This document shows positions 10,831 through 22,120 of a stretch of 64,000 nt of DNA, piece by piece (the stretch's first letter is position 1; the number at the start of each line of letters is the position of its first letter). The notes beneath the pieces were generated by a model, which was not told the DNA's origin, searched no databases, and saw only the letters and a list, made by a program, of their open reading frames with translations. The DNA lies in assembly GCA_965246755.1 (NCBI GenBank), contig OZ251979.1, forward strand, positions 9,089-73,088. The letters are read 5' to 3'. The stretch comes from Alphaproteobacteria bacterium (GTDB lineage: Bacteria > Pseudomonadota > Alphaproteobacteria > UBA11073). The position numbers were made by a program, and so were the translations under genes.

Positions 10831-11358
10831 TTATTGAACCGTCACCATGGCGCGGCGGTTTTGTGCCCAGGCCGCTTCGTCGTTGCCTTCCACAGCCGGA
10901 CGCTCTTTACCATAGCTGACAGTGGACAGACGACTATCCGGCACGCCTTGGCCGGTCAGGTAATTTTTCGCCGCGGTCGCGCGGCGCTCACCCAAGGCCA
11001 GATTATATTCACGCGTGCCGCGCTCATCGGCGTGGCCTTCCAATGTTGCCGTCACATTGGTGTGCGCCTTTAACCACTCTGACTGGCGGTCCAGGGTCGC
11101 ACGCGCTTCACCCGACAGGTCGGAACTGTCGGTTGCAAAAAACACGCGGTCTGCCACATCAGTGCCCATGCCAGCACCGTTCGCGCCAGCACCGCCATTG
11201 GCGCCGTTATCGCCATAGGAAAACTGCGAGTTGGGCGCCGCGCCGCCCATGCCGCTGGCATCACTGCCATCCGCATTTTTTGGGGTGTCGCTGCACGCCG
11301 CGAGGAATGCCACGGCGGCCAATGCTACTAGCCAAGATTTTTTCATATTTGTCTCCAT
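10831..11358 (-). CDS. pal: Peptidoglycan-associated lipoprotein Pal (OmpA-like)
   Basis: Lipoprotein signal ending ...LAACS, and an OmpA C-like domain with the motif LEGHADERGTREYNLALGERRA. Confidence 0.9.
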   Translation of the reverse strand: METNMKKSWLVALAAVAFLAACSDTPKNADGSDASGMGGAAPNSQFSYGDNGANGGAGANGAGMGTDVADRVFFATDSSDLSGEARATLDRQSEWLKAHTNVTATLEGHADERGTREYNLALGERRATAAKNYLTGQGVPDSRLSTVSYGKERPAVEGNDEAAWAQNRRAMVTVQ

Positions 11359-11509
11359 ACAAGGTCAGAATTCGAATTCAGTAAGTCCTTGTTAAAAGGG
11401 ATTCACGCCCTTCGCAACCCGCCAAACCATAAATTACGCATTTGAAATGTTAGCAACGCAAATAATTTTCTGTTTGCCAAATAATCGTTAAATCCGGTAC
11501 ATATCAATT

Positions 11510-12442
11510 ATGCCTTTATATGATATGCAAAAGTCGATTGCGCACGGTTGTTTCAATCCAGCAGTTATTATTGTCCCCGGCGTCGTGACCGACCGCGCCG
11601 GTTACCTGGCGCCCATTCAAGGCGAACAATTGCTGGCCGCAATGGCAATACGCGACGGTCTCTACCATGCTGGCCAGCCTATGCCCGCAATGGTCTTTCA
11701 AGCCGCCGGGCATGGCAGTCTACAGCTGGAACCCGATCCGCTGCCCGCACATTTGCAGCTGGCCGCACCGCGCTTTGGCGCGCCCAGCTATGCCGAGCGC
11801 GCGCAACAGTTTTTAACCGCGCTTGATATCTGTGACCCGGACATGGCGCGCGAAGATTGCATCAAGGGTGAACTTGCGCTTGATACCTTGATGGAAGCAC
11901 TGGAAACCATATTGCGCATGGCCGGGCGCTGGGATTTGTTGTTACGCTTGCATAAAAAATTGCGCGACTCGCTTTACGCTCCCACATCGGCTGAATGCAA
12001 TTTAGCCGCTAAATGCCAAGCCTATCGCGAAACAGGTGAGCCAGTGCCGGTGGTGCTGGTCGGGCCTGATTATAATATCGCGCGGTCCGTCTGGTATCTT
12101 AAAACCTATGCTGAACTGGCCGGCATGCCGTTGAATTTGCGCCGCATAACCATCCCATCAAAAAACTGGCTGCAAGAAAATCATGCTGAATATGTCGCCG
12201 ATATTCAAAAACGGCTGGATAAGGCCATTGTCGATTGGCAAGATCTAAAACACATAATAATTGCCGCAGCTGATCCGCTGGGGGCCCTTGTTGATCATGT
12301 GCTGACCGAACACGATTGTTACAATCACGGCCCTTTTGTCATGACCGTGCAAAGTCAGCCCAAAGGCGGCGTACCTGCCGCCTTGGATACCACCGGCACC
12401 GCTGAATATTATTACCGGCGCGTTGGCGCGCTCACGCCCTAA
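11510..12442 (+). CDS. Hypothetical protein inserted between tolB and pal on the opposite strand
   Basis: 310-aa ORF with backbone-like GC and no recognisable motifs. It overlaps the tolB stop convergently by 4 nt. Confidence 0.45.
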   Translation: MPLYDMQKSIAHGCFNPAVIIVPGVVTDRAGYLAPIQGEQLLAAMAIRDGLYHAGQPMPAMVFQAAGHGSLQLEPDPLPAHLQLAAPRFGAPSYAERAQQFLTALDICDPDMAREDCIKGELALDTLMEALETILRMAGRWDLLLRLHKKLRDSLYAPTSAECNLAAKCQAYRETGEPVPVVLVGPDYNIARSVWYLKTYAELAGMPLNLRRITIPSKNWLQENHAEYVADIQKRLDKAIVDWQDLKHIIIAAADPLGALVDHVLTEHDCYNHGPFVMTVQSQPKGGVPAALDTTGTAEYYYRRVGALTP

Positions 12443-13755
12443 GGCAACAGCGGGCTCCACGCCGGGTCGGAGGCATTGAGCGGGGTGATGACGCGCCGTT
12501 CGTTCATGCCGGTGAGGTCGATTGAATACATATTATAGTCATTGCCGCCCTGCTTAAAATACATCAAGACCCGGCCGTTGGGCGCCCAGGTGGGTCCTTC
12601 CACATGGAATGCCTGGGTGATCAGCCGTTCGCCCGAGCCGTCGGGGCGCATGACGCCCAGATAAAATTGCCCGCCCAGCTGTTTGGTAAAGGCAATGAGG
12701 TCACCCCGCGGCGACCAGACTGGCGTGCCGTAACGCCCATCACCAAAACTGATGCGTTTTGGATTGCTGCCATCAGCCCCCATCACATAAATTTGCTGTT
12801 TGCCGCTGCGATCGGATTCAAAGGCGATATTGCGGCCGTCGGGTGACGGGCTGGGGCCCGTATTGATCGACGGATGATTAGTCAGTTGCCGCACCTGCCG
12901 TGAGACCAGATCCATGCTGTAAATATCGGCATTGCCACCACGCTGTAGTGAAAAGATAACCGAACGCCCATCTACCGAAAAGCGCGGCGCAAAAGTCATG
13001 CCCGGAAATTCACCCAAAATACGCTGTTGCCCGGTCTCCAGATTATACAGATAGACGCGCGGTTTTTTGCCACGGAATGACATAAAGGCGATTTCCTGCG
13101 CCTGTGGATTAAAGCGCGGCGTCAGCACCAAATCACTGCCATCGGTTAGGAAACGGTGATTGGCGCCATCCTGATCCATAATCGCCAGGCGTTTGACACG
13201 CGCGGTGGCGCGGCCCGACTCCGCGACATAAACCACACGCGTATCGAAATAACCGGTTTCACCCGTAATGCGGTTGTAGATGACATCGGCGATTTTATGC
13301 GCGATCCGCCGCCAGTTATCATCCGTGGTAGTAAAGGCAAGACCGGCAATCTGCTGGCCTGACAACACATCCCACAACCGGAATTCCACGCGCGAACGGC
13401 CGCCATCAGTTGGCGTAATACTGCCCGCGACCAGCGCTTGCGCGCCGATGACTTTCCAGTCAATCACACGCGGTGCGTTCACCAAATCTTGCGGTGTTTG
13501 CAAAAAGGCCGCCTTGTTCAATTGGCGGAACAGCCCGCTGCGCTCCAGATCTGCCGCGACGACGCCCGGAATGTCGGTTGCCATCGGCGAATTACCCGCG
13601 AAATCACTGACGGCGATTGGAATTGGTTCACTTAATGGATGATTAATATCAACATGGATGGCAGCGATGGCCGGGGTTGCCGCTATCGCCACTAGGCTGT
13701 ACAGCAAAGCGCCCAGTAGCAATTTCAATTGGGTTTTGCAGCGTTTCATTATCAT
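12439..13755 (-). CDS. tolB: Tol-Pal system beta-propeller protein TolB
   Basis: 438 aa with a signal peptide and repeated beta-propeller blades (PAWSPDG/PSWSPDG-type motifs). Lies between tolA and pal. Confidence 0.92.
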   Translation of the reverse strand: MIMKRCKTQLKLLLGALLYSLVAIAATPAIAAIHVDINHPLSEPIPIAVSDFAGNSPMATDIPGVVAADLERSGLFRQLNKAAFLQTPQDLVNAPRVIDWKVIGAQALVAGSITPTDGGRSRVEFRLWDVLSGQQIAGLAFTTTDDNWRRIAHKIADVIYNRITGETGYFDTRVVYVAESGRATARVKRLAIMDQDGANHRFLTDGSDLVLTPRFNPQAQEIAFMSFRGKKPRVYLYNLETGQQRILGEFPGMTFAPRFSVDGRSVIFSLQRGGNADIYSMDLVSRQVRQLTNHPSINTGPSPSPDGRNIAFESDRSGKQQIYVMGADGSNPKRISFGDGRYGTPVWSPRGDLIAFTKQLGGQFYLGVMRPDGSGERLITQAFHVEGPTWAPNGRVLMYFKQGGNDYNMYSIDLTGMNERRVITPLNASDPAWSPLLP

Positions 13756-13756
13756 C

Positions 13757-14614
13757 CTACATCATATCTTTCGGGTTAAACCGCATGGTTATTTCGCGCC
13801 AGGTTTCGTAACGGTCTTCTGGCAAGTTAAAGGGAGAACATTTTGGATTCAAGACGGCACGTAACGCGCTATCCGCCATTGCCTTGCCAAAACTATCGTT
13901 CACGTTAACGCTATTAATCTTTGCCGTTTTAACAGTCCTGTCAGGATTCATCTCAATATACAATTCTACAATTATATCTTGGATGTTGCGCCCACCTGCA
14001 GAAATATTCCAGCATTGTTCAATCTGGCGGCGCAGCGCGTCTTCCTGGCTGATCGTTAAATGATCGGAGACCACACCTGCCGATCCCGCCGGCGGGGTGG
14101 CGGCTTTGGGCGGCGTTTTGGTGACTGCCGGCACCGGCGCCGGCTGCGGTTTATCCACCGCCAGATTTTTCAATAGCGATGAAAACTGTTGGCTGTCTTC
14201 CACCGGTTTGGGTTTCAGTTTTTCTTTGGGGGTTTCTTTTTTTGGCGGCGGTTTAGGAATATCGGCATCTTTATTGTTGGCCAACGCGGGTTCCGGTTCC
14301 TGGGCCACCGGCGTCGGCGCGGGCGGTTTGGGCGTTGGTGTTGGCGTCGGCTCTTGTTTCTGTTGTGGCGGGGTTATTGGCGTCGGCGGCGCCGGGGTTG
14401 GCTCCGGCGGTTTGGCAATATTGCTGGCGGCGACCTTGGTTGTAGTGGTAACTGGCCCCAATTCCATAATGTCGATGGGGATCGGCTGCATGATCTCCAG
14501 CGGCGGCGTTTTAAGATGTGGCAGGCCAAAGAGGCAAATTGCCGCAATCAATCCATGAAACAACAGCGATGTGGCAAGCGCCTTGCGTTCTTCAGGATAT
14601 TGTAGTGCTGCCAT
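13757..14614 (-). CDS. tolA: Tol-Pal system protein TolA
   Basis: N-terminal TM anchor, a long Pro/Ala/Lys-rich periplasmic linker, a C-terminal TolA domain, and adjacency to tolR. Confidence 0.75.
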   Translation of the reverse strand: MAALQYPEERKALATSLLFHGLIAAICLFGLPHLKTPPLEIMQPIPIDIMELGPVTTTTKVAASNIAKPPEPTPAPPTPITPPQQKQEPTPTPTPKPPAPTPVAQEPEPALANNKDADIPKPPPKKETPKEKLKPKPVEDSQQFSSLLKNLAVDKPQPAPVPAVTKTPPKAATPPAGSAGVVSDHLTISQEDALRRQIEQCWNISAGGRNIQDIIVELYIEMNPDRTVKTAKINSVNVNDSFGKAMADSALRAVLNPKCSPFNLPEDRYETWREITMRFNPKDMM

Positions 14615-14617
14615 AAT

Positions 14618-15073
14618 TTACTTCGCTTGGGATGGCTGTTCCGTGACCAGCGCCAGCTTGGTAAAACCCGCCTGCTTGATCAGCGAGATGACCTGCATCA
14701 CCTGATCATAGGGCAGTTTTTTGTCCGCGCGCAAATGCACCGGCGTATCGGCGCGGCTGTCTTTGATTGCCGCCAGCCGCGCCGCCAATTGATTTAATTG
14801 CACCGCTTGCTCTTGCAAAATAATCTGGCCCGGCATCACCCGGATCTCAAGCGGCTGTTTGGGGTCTTTGAGCGCCGGCGCCCCGGCCTTTGGTAAATCG
14901 ACCGCGACGCCCTGGGTCAGCATTGGCGCTGAAATCATGAAGATAATCAGCAGCACCAGCACCACATCAATAAATGGCGTCATATTGATTTCGTTAATTG
15001 GGCGACGGCTGCCCCCACGTCCGTAACGGCTGCGGCCACCCGATGATTGCCCGGAAATGAGATTAACACCCAT
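14618..15073 (-). CDS. tolR: Tol-Pal system protein TolR (ExbD/TolR family)
   Basis: 151 aa with a single TM helix and the ExbD-like fold motif ...TPFIDVVLVLLIIFMISAP. Confidence 0.85.
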   Translation of the reverse strand: MGVNLISGQSSGGRSRYGRGGSRRPINEINMTPFIDVVLVLLIIFMISAPMLTQGVAVDLPKAGAPALKDPKQPLEIRVMPGQIILQEQAVQLNQLAARLAAIKDSRADTPVHLRADKKLPYDQVMQVISLIKQAGFTKLALVTEQPSQAK

Positions 15074-15078
15074 ATCAG

Positions 15079-15894
15079 TTACGTTCCAAACCGCGGCGCG
15101 GGCGCGGTGGTATCAGTGGGTCGCACCTCGCCAGGCCGCGGCAATTGTCCCGACGGCTGACCGTCTTGCAAATTGCGCGACAGAATGACGATGAAATCAT
15201 TGACGAAGGCTTCCAGCCGGCTGCCATAACGGCCGATATCAGACGAGAACTTATTATAGGCCAAGACTGCCGGCACCGCGGCAACCAGGCCCATAGCAGT
15301 GGCCAGCAGCGCCTCGGCAATCGCTGGCGCTACAACCGGCAATGAGGTGTTTTCCGCCGCCGCAATCGCGATAAAGCTGCGCATAATTCCCCATACCGTG
15401 CCAAACAGGCCGATAAAGGGCGCAGCAGAACCTAGCGACGCCAAAAACGTCATGCGGCGTTCAATGCGGTCCATCTCGCGCCCGATGGTATTATGCATGA
15501 CTTGGGTAATGCGCGCCTGCAACGTTGCGGCCTGAGCCACGCCCAGTATGGTGCCGCTTTTGATAGCCGTTTGCCATTCCTTCATGCCGGCAACAAACAC
15601 CGCAATCATTGGATCATTGGCGGCGCGCGTTACCACACGGTCGTATAATTTATCCGGGCTGCCGCCTGACCAAAAAGCTTCCTCAAACACGCGCGCGCTG
15701 CGACTGACCTTGCGCATCACGCTCCATTTTTCGAAAATAATCGTCCAGGCCCAAATCGACGCGAACAGCAAACCGATCATCACCGCTTTCACCACCGTAT
15801 CCGCCTGCATGAACAGCCCGGTAAAGGACATATCGCGCGCGACCGTCCCGGCAAGCTTGGCGGTTTCAACGGCGGTGGTGGCGGTGGGCGGCAT
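15079..15894 (-). CDS. tolQ: Tol-Pal system protein TolQ (MotA/TolQ/ExbB proton channel)
   Basis: Three TM helices and a conserved ...LFMQADTVVKAVMIGLLFASIW region. The ATG at 15894 has an AGGA Shine-Dalgarno 7 nt upstream. The track ORF extends to 15990, probably an over-extension. Confidence 0.85.
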   Translation of the reverse strand: MPPTATTAVETAKLAGTVARDMSFTGLFMQADTVVKAVMIGLLFASIWAWTIIFEKWSVMRKVSRSARVFEEAFWSGGSPDKLYDRVVTRAANDPMIAVFVAGMKEWQTAIKSGTILGVAQAATLQARITQVMHNTIGREMDRIERRMTFLASLGSAAPFIGLFGTVWGIMRSFIAIAAAENTSLPVVAPAIAEALLATAMGLVAAVPAVLAYNKFSSDIGRYGSRLEAFVNDFIVILSRNLQDGQPSGQLPRPGEVRPTDTTAPAPRFGT

Positions 15895-16100
15895 TTGGCT
15901 ATCCTGTAAATAATATGTGCTGAAGACTGCGCCCCGTGATCGGCATACAGAATCCCTGCTAAAGCCTAGGCAGGTTGGCATTCTTTGCAAAGAATTTTTT
16001 CACGAATTTTTGATAATAGAATCGGTCAAATACTGTCTTTTGATTTTATAAACTATCCCATTTTGATGGGAACACCCGCCGCATGGCAAGTTACATAATG

Positions 16101-16853
16101 TTATGTGACAGGCGCTGCCAGCGCTTTAATAATCGCCGTCGGGATTGCCGCCGGTCGCGCCGCCAAACTGATACAGGCCAGTTCAACCTTTAACCGCGCG
16201 CATAGCTGCCCGTAACAAGAGATATCCTGATCAAGCGTCAGCCGTGTTTTGGTCAGCGCAGCGACCTGTACCGTTACCGCCAGCAGGTCATCCAACCGCG
16301 CCGGTTTTCTGTAATCAATCTCGCAGCGGCGGACGATAAACAATATGGGTGGAACCGGCAGGCACACGGCAGCCTCTACCGCTGGGCGCATATTACCCGA
16401 TGCGCTGCCCTGCGCATGTTCTGCCAGGCTACCGGTTTTCGCAATGGGTGCAGTGACAGCCGATATATCAGTGGCGGTAGCCTGGTCTGCGCTAGGCAAG
16501 GCGGCGCTGACATTTAAGGGCGCCATGCTGCGTGGAGCGGCCATCATCGTTTTATGTGTTGGCGAATTTTCATCTGCCGACTGAGGCCAGTCATATCCGG
16601 CGGCATGGCCCGGTTGTGTGAACTCCGGCGCCAGCTCAGACTGACCAGCGCTCCGCGCACAGCCGGACTGGCTGAGCCCTTGTGACAAACCAGACTGGCT
16701 GAAACCCAGCCCGCGCAGCCATTCTGTCCGCGCCCGCTCGGCAAATTTCAGATAATTGGCATAATAAACAATCCCGCCGCCATCGGTGTCTTCCCAATAG
16801 ACGCGAGTTAAGTGGGTGAAGGCAATTCCGGTCGTGTTTTCTTTAACTGTCAT
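16101..16853 (-). CDS. ybgC: Tol-Pal-associated acyl-CoA thioesterase YbgC (4HBT hotdog) with a roughly 100-aa low-complexity insertion
   Basis: The N-terminus [36 protein letters not shown] and the C-terminus ([17 protein letters not shown]...) match YbgC. A Ser/Ala/Gln-rich insert ([11 protein letters not shown]...) makes it 250 aa against the usual 140. Confidence 0.7.
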   Translation of the reverse strand: MTVKENTTGIAFTHLTRVYWEDTDGGGIVYYANYLKFAERARTEWLRGLGFSQSGLSQGLSQSGCARSAGQSELAPEFTQPGHAAGYDWPQSADENSPTHKTMMAAPRSMAPLNVSAALPSADQATATDISAVTAPIAKTGSLAEHAQGSASGNMRPAVEAAVCLPVPPILFIVRRCEIDYRKPARLDDLLAVTVQVAALTKTRLTLDQDISCYGQLCARLKVELACISLAARPAAIPTAIIKALAAPVT

Positions 16854-16911
16854 AAAATCGTAATGATAAACTGATAGTGTAAATATTGAAAGATACAGCT
16901 ATATATTAAGT

Positions 16912-19485
16912 ATGACCCAAAGTCCCCAGGAATTACCATTTGAAACTCCTCGCTCAGGCCCAAAAGCGCGGCCTGTGCGCCCTGCCAAAGCTGCGCGCCC
17001 TCCTTCAGCTGCACGTTCGGCTTTAAAATTTGCTTTTTCTCCTGAAATCGGCCGTAGTTTTGGAAGTATTAATTTTGCATGGACCACTTTTATAAATGTA
17101 ATTGTACAGTTGTTTGTTTCTGCCAAACTAATTAATAAACATGCCCTAGATAAACAAGAAAATATTAAACTTAGCCACGTAATTAGTCTTGCTTACCGTA
17201 ATCTAACGTGGAACAGACAGAATGTCCGACAAATAGTATTATTCTTTGGCGTGATGGGGTTTTTGTTATTTATGTTTTTAACGGTACTAACGCTTTTAAT
17301 GCAACTAATGACCGGCGTTGCTATGGCTCAAGGACCTAATCCATCCACAAATTCTGGTGATAATTTATTAAATTCTTTATTTAACCTTACTGATAATGAT
17401 ATTATTCCAAAGGCTTTAGGATCAATGTTGGCTGTCTATAGTCAAGGCATGCTTATTTTAGGTGGCATTATTTTATTATTTCTTATTGTATCTACTGTAA
17501 TGGAAACTGCCCATAGCGGTGTACCTTTTGGTAAGACCTTTAATCAAACTTGGACCCCAATCCGGCTAGTGTTTGCAATAGGATTGTTAATCCCTTTATC
17601 GAGTGGGCTTAATTCAGGACAATATATAGTTTTAAATGTAGCAAAATGGGGTTCTACGCTGGCTGGCGAAGCTTGGGGAAAATTTGTTGGTTATTCAGCC
17701 ATTCTACAAGGCGATCCTGGAACATTATGGACAGGGTCAGCACGTCAAACTGTAAACCAAATTATGGCAATGGAAACATGTCGCGTACGTAGTCTACAAG
17801 CGGGCAATAATATTAACATTGTTGACGCACCAGGGACAGCTAATAATGCTGGTCTGCAGCCGGGCAATACTTCTGTTGATCCTGATGCTGGCCTAACCTT
17901 ATCAGGCAATCGCGTGGTTTATGATGAAATTCAATATCGCGGCGACACGATAGGCAATCAAACCGGTTGCGGCACGGTGCGTTTTGCGCGACTACAAAGG
18001 CTACCATTTGCCAGCATTAGTGTTAATCCTAATGATTTTAAAATTGCTAACGCGGTCAATGCCATTTGGTCTGATACCGGTGAATATCTAATGCACGCGC
18101 GTTTTTCAATGTACCAAAATGCAGTGCCTATTGCTGCCAGAATTGCTGAAGAATATGCATCGCATCTCGATCCTTCGAATGCTCGCTACTTTAAGGAAAT
18201 GCCACCACATATCAAGCAAGATTATGAAAGGCTAGTCTCTACTTATTCTGACGCTATGGATATGCATGCTAAGCGTGCTATGGCGGCAATGCAACAACGA
18301 ATTGGTAAAAACCTTGAAACTGAAATGAACCAACTTGGCTGGATTGGCGCACCTGTGTGGCTACATAAAATAGCCCAATTAAATGCACAGCTGCAGTCAG
18401 AAGCGGCAACGCAACCAATGTTTATCAATGTTCCTGGTGTAAAAAACACTGCACCAGAGCAGAGCTCGGTTAAGATTACGGGCACAGCTAGTATTGGACC
18501 AGGCCAAGCACAAGATGATGTTAACAACTTTCTATCTGATACACCTGCTGGAGTAGTTGCACAAAAAGGCGAACAAATATTGCAGGATTGGATAGATAAT
18601 TTTGCTTCACGTATTGGTTGTCAAGACGGCGATAGCTGTGTCAGCAATTTTCAATTATACTCAAACAATCCTTTATCGGAGATTGCGCTTCTAGGGCAAA
18701 AACTTTTTTTATGGGGCACTATGGGTGTAAAAGCTTTAATATTCGCTGCAGCTATTAGTACAGTACCTTTAATTGGCAGTGCCATTTCTATTATTGTGCC
18801 AATTGCTTCTGTTTTAATATTGGGCTTAATTACCGCTGGAACATTGATGGGTTTTGTTGTTCCATTGCTACCCGTTATGCGGTTTATGGCAGGCATTTTG
18901 GGGTGGATCATGCTGGTTTTTCAAGCTGTCTTGGCTGTGCCCCTCGTTGCACTGGTTCATTTAAACAAAGAGGGCGAAGGATTAAGTGGCAAAGCCGGGG
19001 ACCGCGCATATCTTATGTTATTAGGTATAGTGGTTCGGCCTCTATTAATGACCTTAGGGCTAATTTGCGGTTTATTGTCTTTCAATTTAATTGTAAAAAT
19101 CGTTAATCTTTTATTTGTCCCAGCTCTATCAGCAACGTTTGCGTTAAATGATATGAGTTTATTTCATTTTATTGTAATGACTTTCATATATGCTGTATTT
19201 ATCTTTGCATTAGGAAATTCAGCTTTTAAAATGATTGATATTATTCCTGATCAGGTAATTGGCTGGATTGGCGCCAATCTTGGCAGCCAAGGTACGCAGA
19301 ATGATGCCGACCAAGTTGCCAAAACTGAAGCTTTCGCTGGGGCAGTTCTCATATCTAAAGGTGCTGAGCCATTGAGCAAGGCGGTGTCAGCTGTTGGTCA
19401 AACTGCTAACAAAAAAGTTGCAGAAAAATATAAAAAATATCTTGATAAAAAGGGGGGTGGTAGTGATGATACCGGTAATTTATAA
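16912..19485 (+). CDS. Large polytopic inner-membrane protein, T4SS DotA/TraY-like or VirB6-like architecture (AT-rich island gene 1)
   Basis: Two or three N-terminal TM helices, a hydrophilic domain of about 400 aa, five or six C-terminal TM helices, and a Lys-rich tail. The composition switches from GC-rich to AT-rich near 17060. The first internal ATG is at 17254, which gives 743 aa, so the real start probably lies between 17110 and 17254. Confidence 0.5.
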   Translation: MTQSPQELPFETPRSGPKARPVRPAKAARPPSAARSALKFAFSPEIGRSFGSINFAWTTFINVIVQLFVSAKLINKHALDKQENIKLSHVISLAYRNLTWNRQNVRQIVLFFGVMGFLLFMFLTVLTLLMQLMTGVAMAQGPNPSTNSGDNLLNSLFNLTDNDIIPKALGSMLAVYSQGMLILGGIILLFLIVSTVMETAHSGVPFGKTFNQTWTPIRLVFAIGLLIPLSSGLNSGQYIVLNVAKWGSTLAGEAWGKFVGYSAILQGDPGTLWTGSARQTVNQIMAMETCRVRSLQAGNNINIVDAPGTANNAGLQPGNTSVDPDAGLTLSGNRVVYDEIQYRGDTIGNQTGCGTVRFARLQRLPFASISVNPNDFKIANAVNAIWSDTGEYLMHARFSMYQNAVPIAARIAEEYASHLDPSNARYFKEMPPHIKQDYERLVSTYSDAMDMHAKRAMAAMQQRIGKNLETEMNQLGWIGAPVWLHKIAQLNAQLQSEAATQPMFINVPGVKNTAPEQSSVKITGTASIGPGQAQDDVNNFLSDTPAGVVAQKGEQILQDWIDNFASRIGCQDGDSCVSNFQLYSNNPLSEIALLGQKLFLWGTMGVKALIFAAAISTVPLIGSAISIIVPIASVLILGLITAGTLMGFVVPLLPVMRFMAGILGWIMLVFQAVLAVPLVALVHLNKEGEGLSGKAGDRAYLMLLGIVVRPLLMTLGLICGLLSFNLIVKIVNLLFVPALSATFALNDMSLFHFIVMTFIYAVFIFALGNSAFKMIDIIPDQVIGWIGANLGSQGTQNDADQVAKTEAFAGAVLISKGAEPLSKAVSAVGQTANKKVAEKYKKYLDKKGGGSDDTGNL

Positions 19486-19506
19486 TTTAAAAATAAAGGA
19501 TATAAA

Positions 19507-21180
19507 ATGCTGTCTTTAAATAAAATGTGGGACTGGATTTTATCGCCCTGGCGTGAAGATGTTGCCAGTAACCTGGATGATATTTTTGAACCGAATAAAG
19601 ATCATGGTTTAGGGAGTGCAATTGTTCAGGGCTTTATGGCTTTGCGTAAAACTGGGGGTAAATCTTTATCACCGGTTATATTTAGGGCAAAAATAAAGTT
19701 TTGGATGTATTGTCCGCCCTTTCGGTCACGCCAGGATGCCGCCCAAATTGTTTTAGGTCCTGGGACGAAATCTGATCCTGTTCAAGGTACGACAACGGGT
19801 TGGGTATATGAATCTCCAACAGAAGGGGTTTATTGGACCGCCTCACCTAAAGATGCGCAAGCCACCCAACAAGCGGCTGTTTCTCGCGCTGTTAAACGTA
19901 AATATGACAAAGACCCATGGTCTCAAGGCTTAAATCCTGGTGGTAAAGGTAAATATGTACAGCAAGTTTCACTCTATTTCAAACAAAATGCTATTGCTGC
20001 CCATGGCGTAAATTATGGACGTCTGCAAAATGATCGCTCTCAATGGTGGACAGTCAACTATGCCCAAAATTACAGAAATCATAAATTGTTGCCATTTTAT
20101 GAAAAGGAAAAGGAACTAACCAAAAGGTTTGAAGGTGGTTACGCTATATATTATAATGTAGGCGCAGAAAATTTTGATCAATTTGAGCATGTTATTTTCG
20201 ATGGTATTTGCACATTATGTCCAATTGATGAAGAGCATGATCCAACACCACAAGCAAACGAAATTCGTGTTAAACGTGATATAGCATTCAATGGCGAAAC
20301 AATTAAAGCGGGTGAAACAGTCACAAGAGAGGTCGCACATAAGCTTTTTCGTGAAAAATTATCACGTAATGATAGGTATGATATTACGCTCGCAACAAAA
20401 GCTGCCACTGCAGTATTGTTTCAACAGTGGCGGCGGTGGGATGTCCGTGATCCGGGCTTTTTAAATCCAACAAAAGATGACAAGATAGCTGCTTTAAGTG
20501 GCATGCCTCATGATGATGCACTGTCAATCTTTAGCAACATGTTTGCTTTATCTCGTCAAGTTGGCGGACAAGGCAACTATGAGATGCGCAATAGCTGGAA
20601 TGGCTACGATGATACTGCAGCAGAAGTAATTTCTATTACTAGAAATAGTGTAACTCAAGATGGGCCTGTAATTGGAGGTGCTGATTTACACTATGCTCAG
20701 GTGATAGAATGCTATCGGCAAATCATGCTAATGCGCAATATGTGCCAAAAAGAAAATTTTCGAGATGTAATAGCCGAAGACATGGGAGAACCTAAAGATT
20801 TAAACAAGCTTGATCCTGAAATTCCTCAAAATGCAGCTATTCTTGATATTCGTGTTGCTTTCCAAAGCCTTATTCAAACACTTGCCCGAGATGGAGGCCA
20901 ATCACCAGCAGAAGCATTAAGAGATCTAAATTTAGCTCATCTAGGCGAAGAAACTCAAATTGAGGGTACGGATGTTAAAATTGGGCAGATCTTAAAATTT
21001 GCTTATCTGATATCTGATAAAAATGAAAATGGGGTTAAAAAATCCCCGGAATATCCGCCGGAACTAACAAAACGCTCTAATGCTGTACTTGGCCCTGAAA
21101 TTGTATCCAACTTAGGGAAAGCATTTCGTCGTCAGGTTATGAAAGAAAACACAGGCCCGACACCATTTTGGGGCGCTTAA
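19507..21180 (+). CDS. Hypothetical soluble protein (AT-rich island gene 2)
   Basis: 557-aa AT-rich ORF 21 nt after gene 1, with no TM helix and no recognised motif. Confidence 0.5.
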   Translation: MLSLNKMWDWILSPWREDVASNLDDIFEPNKDHGLGSAIVQGFMALRKTGGKSLSPVIFRAKIKFWMYCPPFRSRQDAAQIVLGPGTKSDPVQGTTTGWVYESPTEGVYWTASPKDAQATQQAAVSRAVKRKYDKDPWSQGLNPGGKGKYVQQVSLYFKQNAIAAHGVNYGRLQNDRSQWWTVNYAQNYRNHKLLPFYEKEKELTKRFEGGYAIYYNVGAENFDQFEHVIFDGICTLCPIDEEHDPTPQANEIRVKRDIAFNGETIKAGETVTREVAHKLFREKLSRNDRYDITLATKAATAVLFQQWRRWDVRDPGFLNPTKDDKIAALSGMPHDDALSIFSNMFALSRQVGGQGNYEMRNSWNGYDDTAAEVISITRNSVTQDGPVIGGADLHYAQVIECYRQIMLMRNMCQKENFRDVIAEDMGEPKDLNKLDPEIPQNAAILDIRVAFQSLIQTLARDGGQSPAEALRDLNLAHLGEETQIEGTDVKIGQILKFAYLISDKNENGVKKSPEYPPELTKRSNAVLGPEIVSNLGKAFRRQVMKENTGPTPFWGA

Positions 21181-21209
21181 TTCAACAAAATCAACTAAGG
21201 AGACAATTA

Positions 21210-22088
21210 ATGGGAAATTTTAGTTTAACAAGAAGTAAAGGCGGCAGGGCTATAGTTAAAGCACTGAAACTTGGCGCTTTAGGATTTGTAGCATGGCAAG
21301 GAAAAGGCTGTTGGGATTCCTATCATAGTGATCCAAATGATGCTCAATTAGGACGTGTGAATCCAGTTATCACAACACCTCCAGTGCCGCGTCAATCCAT
21401 TTTACCAAATTTTGAGCGTTCAAAAGAAAACTTTGCTAAAAATGCGCGCGATACTTATAAAGTTCCTGTTGAATATGACAAGAAAAATATTCTCTATGTT
21501 GGAAGTGGATTACCATCCGCAATAGGCGACAAGCCAATCTTAAATAGTAAGGATGAGGGTGACCTTATTCCTGTTGAACCGGCACAAACGCAGGCACTGG
21601 CGCAAGTTATTCAAAAGCATGAACAGCGCAAACAAAAACTTGGCACAAATGGACAGCTTTATATTGTCTTTTTACCGCGTGTAAAAGATGACAGTGGAAA
21701 TGAAATTAGGGATAAGGCGCATATTATTGGTTATGATGTTCCAAATGCCACCAAACCAACTTATGCAATAGATTTAGATACAGGATTTGTTTATTCTGAA
21801 GCAATAACTGAACGCGAACAAAGTCAGCAACTTCTCAAAAAACTTTTTGCGATGCCCAATCATCAGCCAGTTGATTTTTTTGCTTTAGAACGAGACATTA
21901 TGAATGAATCTTTAGATCATGCAAAACGCTATGGCACAAAAATTGGTGAAAAAACGGATGGTCATCCAGAATTAAAATACGGTGAAATTCGTTGGACTAG
22001 TCCTACCGCTGAAAAAAAATATGGTTTAGATGCTGAGGGTGATCTGCCGACGCCGCGTTCTCGTATAAACCGTGGACCTAATCCATAA
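21210..22088 (+). CDS. Hypothetical signal-anchored protein (AT-rich island gene 3)
   Basis: The ATG at 21210 follows a strong AAGGAG Shine-Dalgarno (the track ORF begins at 21168). It has an N-terminal TM anchor AIVKALKLGALGFVAW, and an intrinsic terminator follows it. Confidence 0.55.
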   Translation: MGNFSLTRSKGGRAIVKALKLGALGFVAWQGKGCWDSYHSDPNDAQLGRVNPVITTPPVPRQSILPNFERSKENFAKNARDTYKVPVEYDKKNILYVGSGLPSAIGDKPILNSKDEGDLIPVEPAQTQALAQVIQKHEQRKQKLGTNGQLYIVFLPRVKDDSGNEIRDKAHIIGYDVPNATKPTYAIDLDTGFVYSEAITEREQSQQLLKKLFAMPNHQPVDFFALERDIMNESLDHAKRYGTKIGEKTDGHPELKYGEIRWTSPTAEKKYGLDAEGDLPTPRSRINRGPNP

Positions 22089-22120
22089 ACATGCTTTCTA
22101 AAAAATTTTAAATCCTTACA

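Noticed and set aside
16899-17126. 75-aa minus-strand ORF upstream of ybgC
   Set aside because: It overlaps the GC-rich leader of the island gene and has no motifs or RBS, so it is probably spurious.
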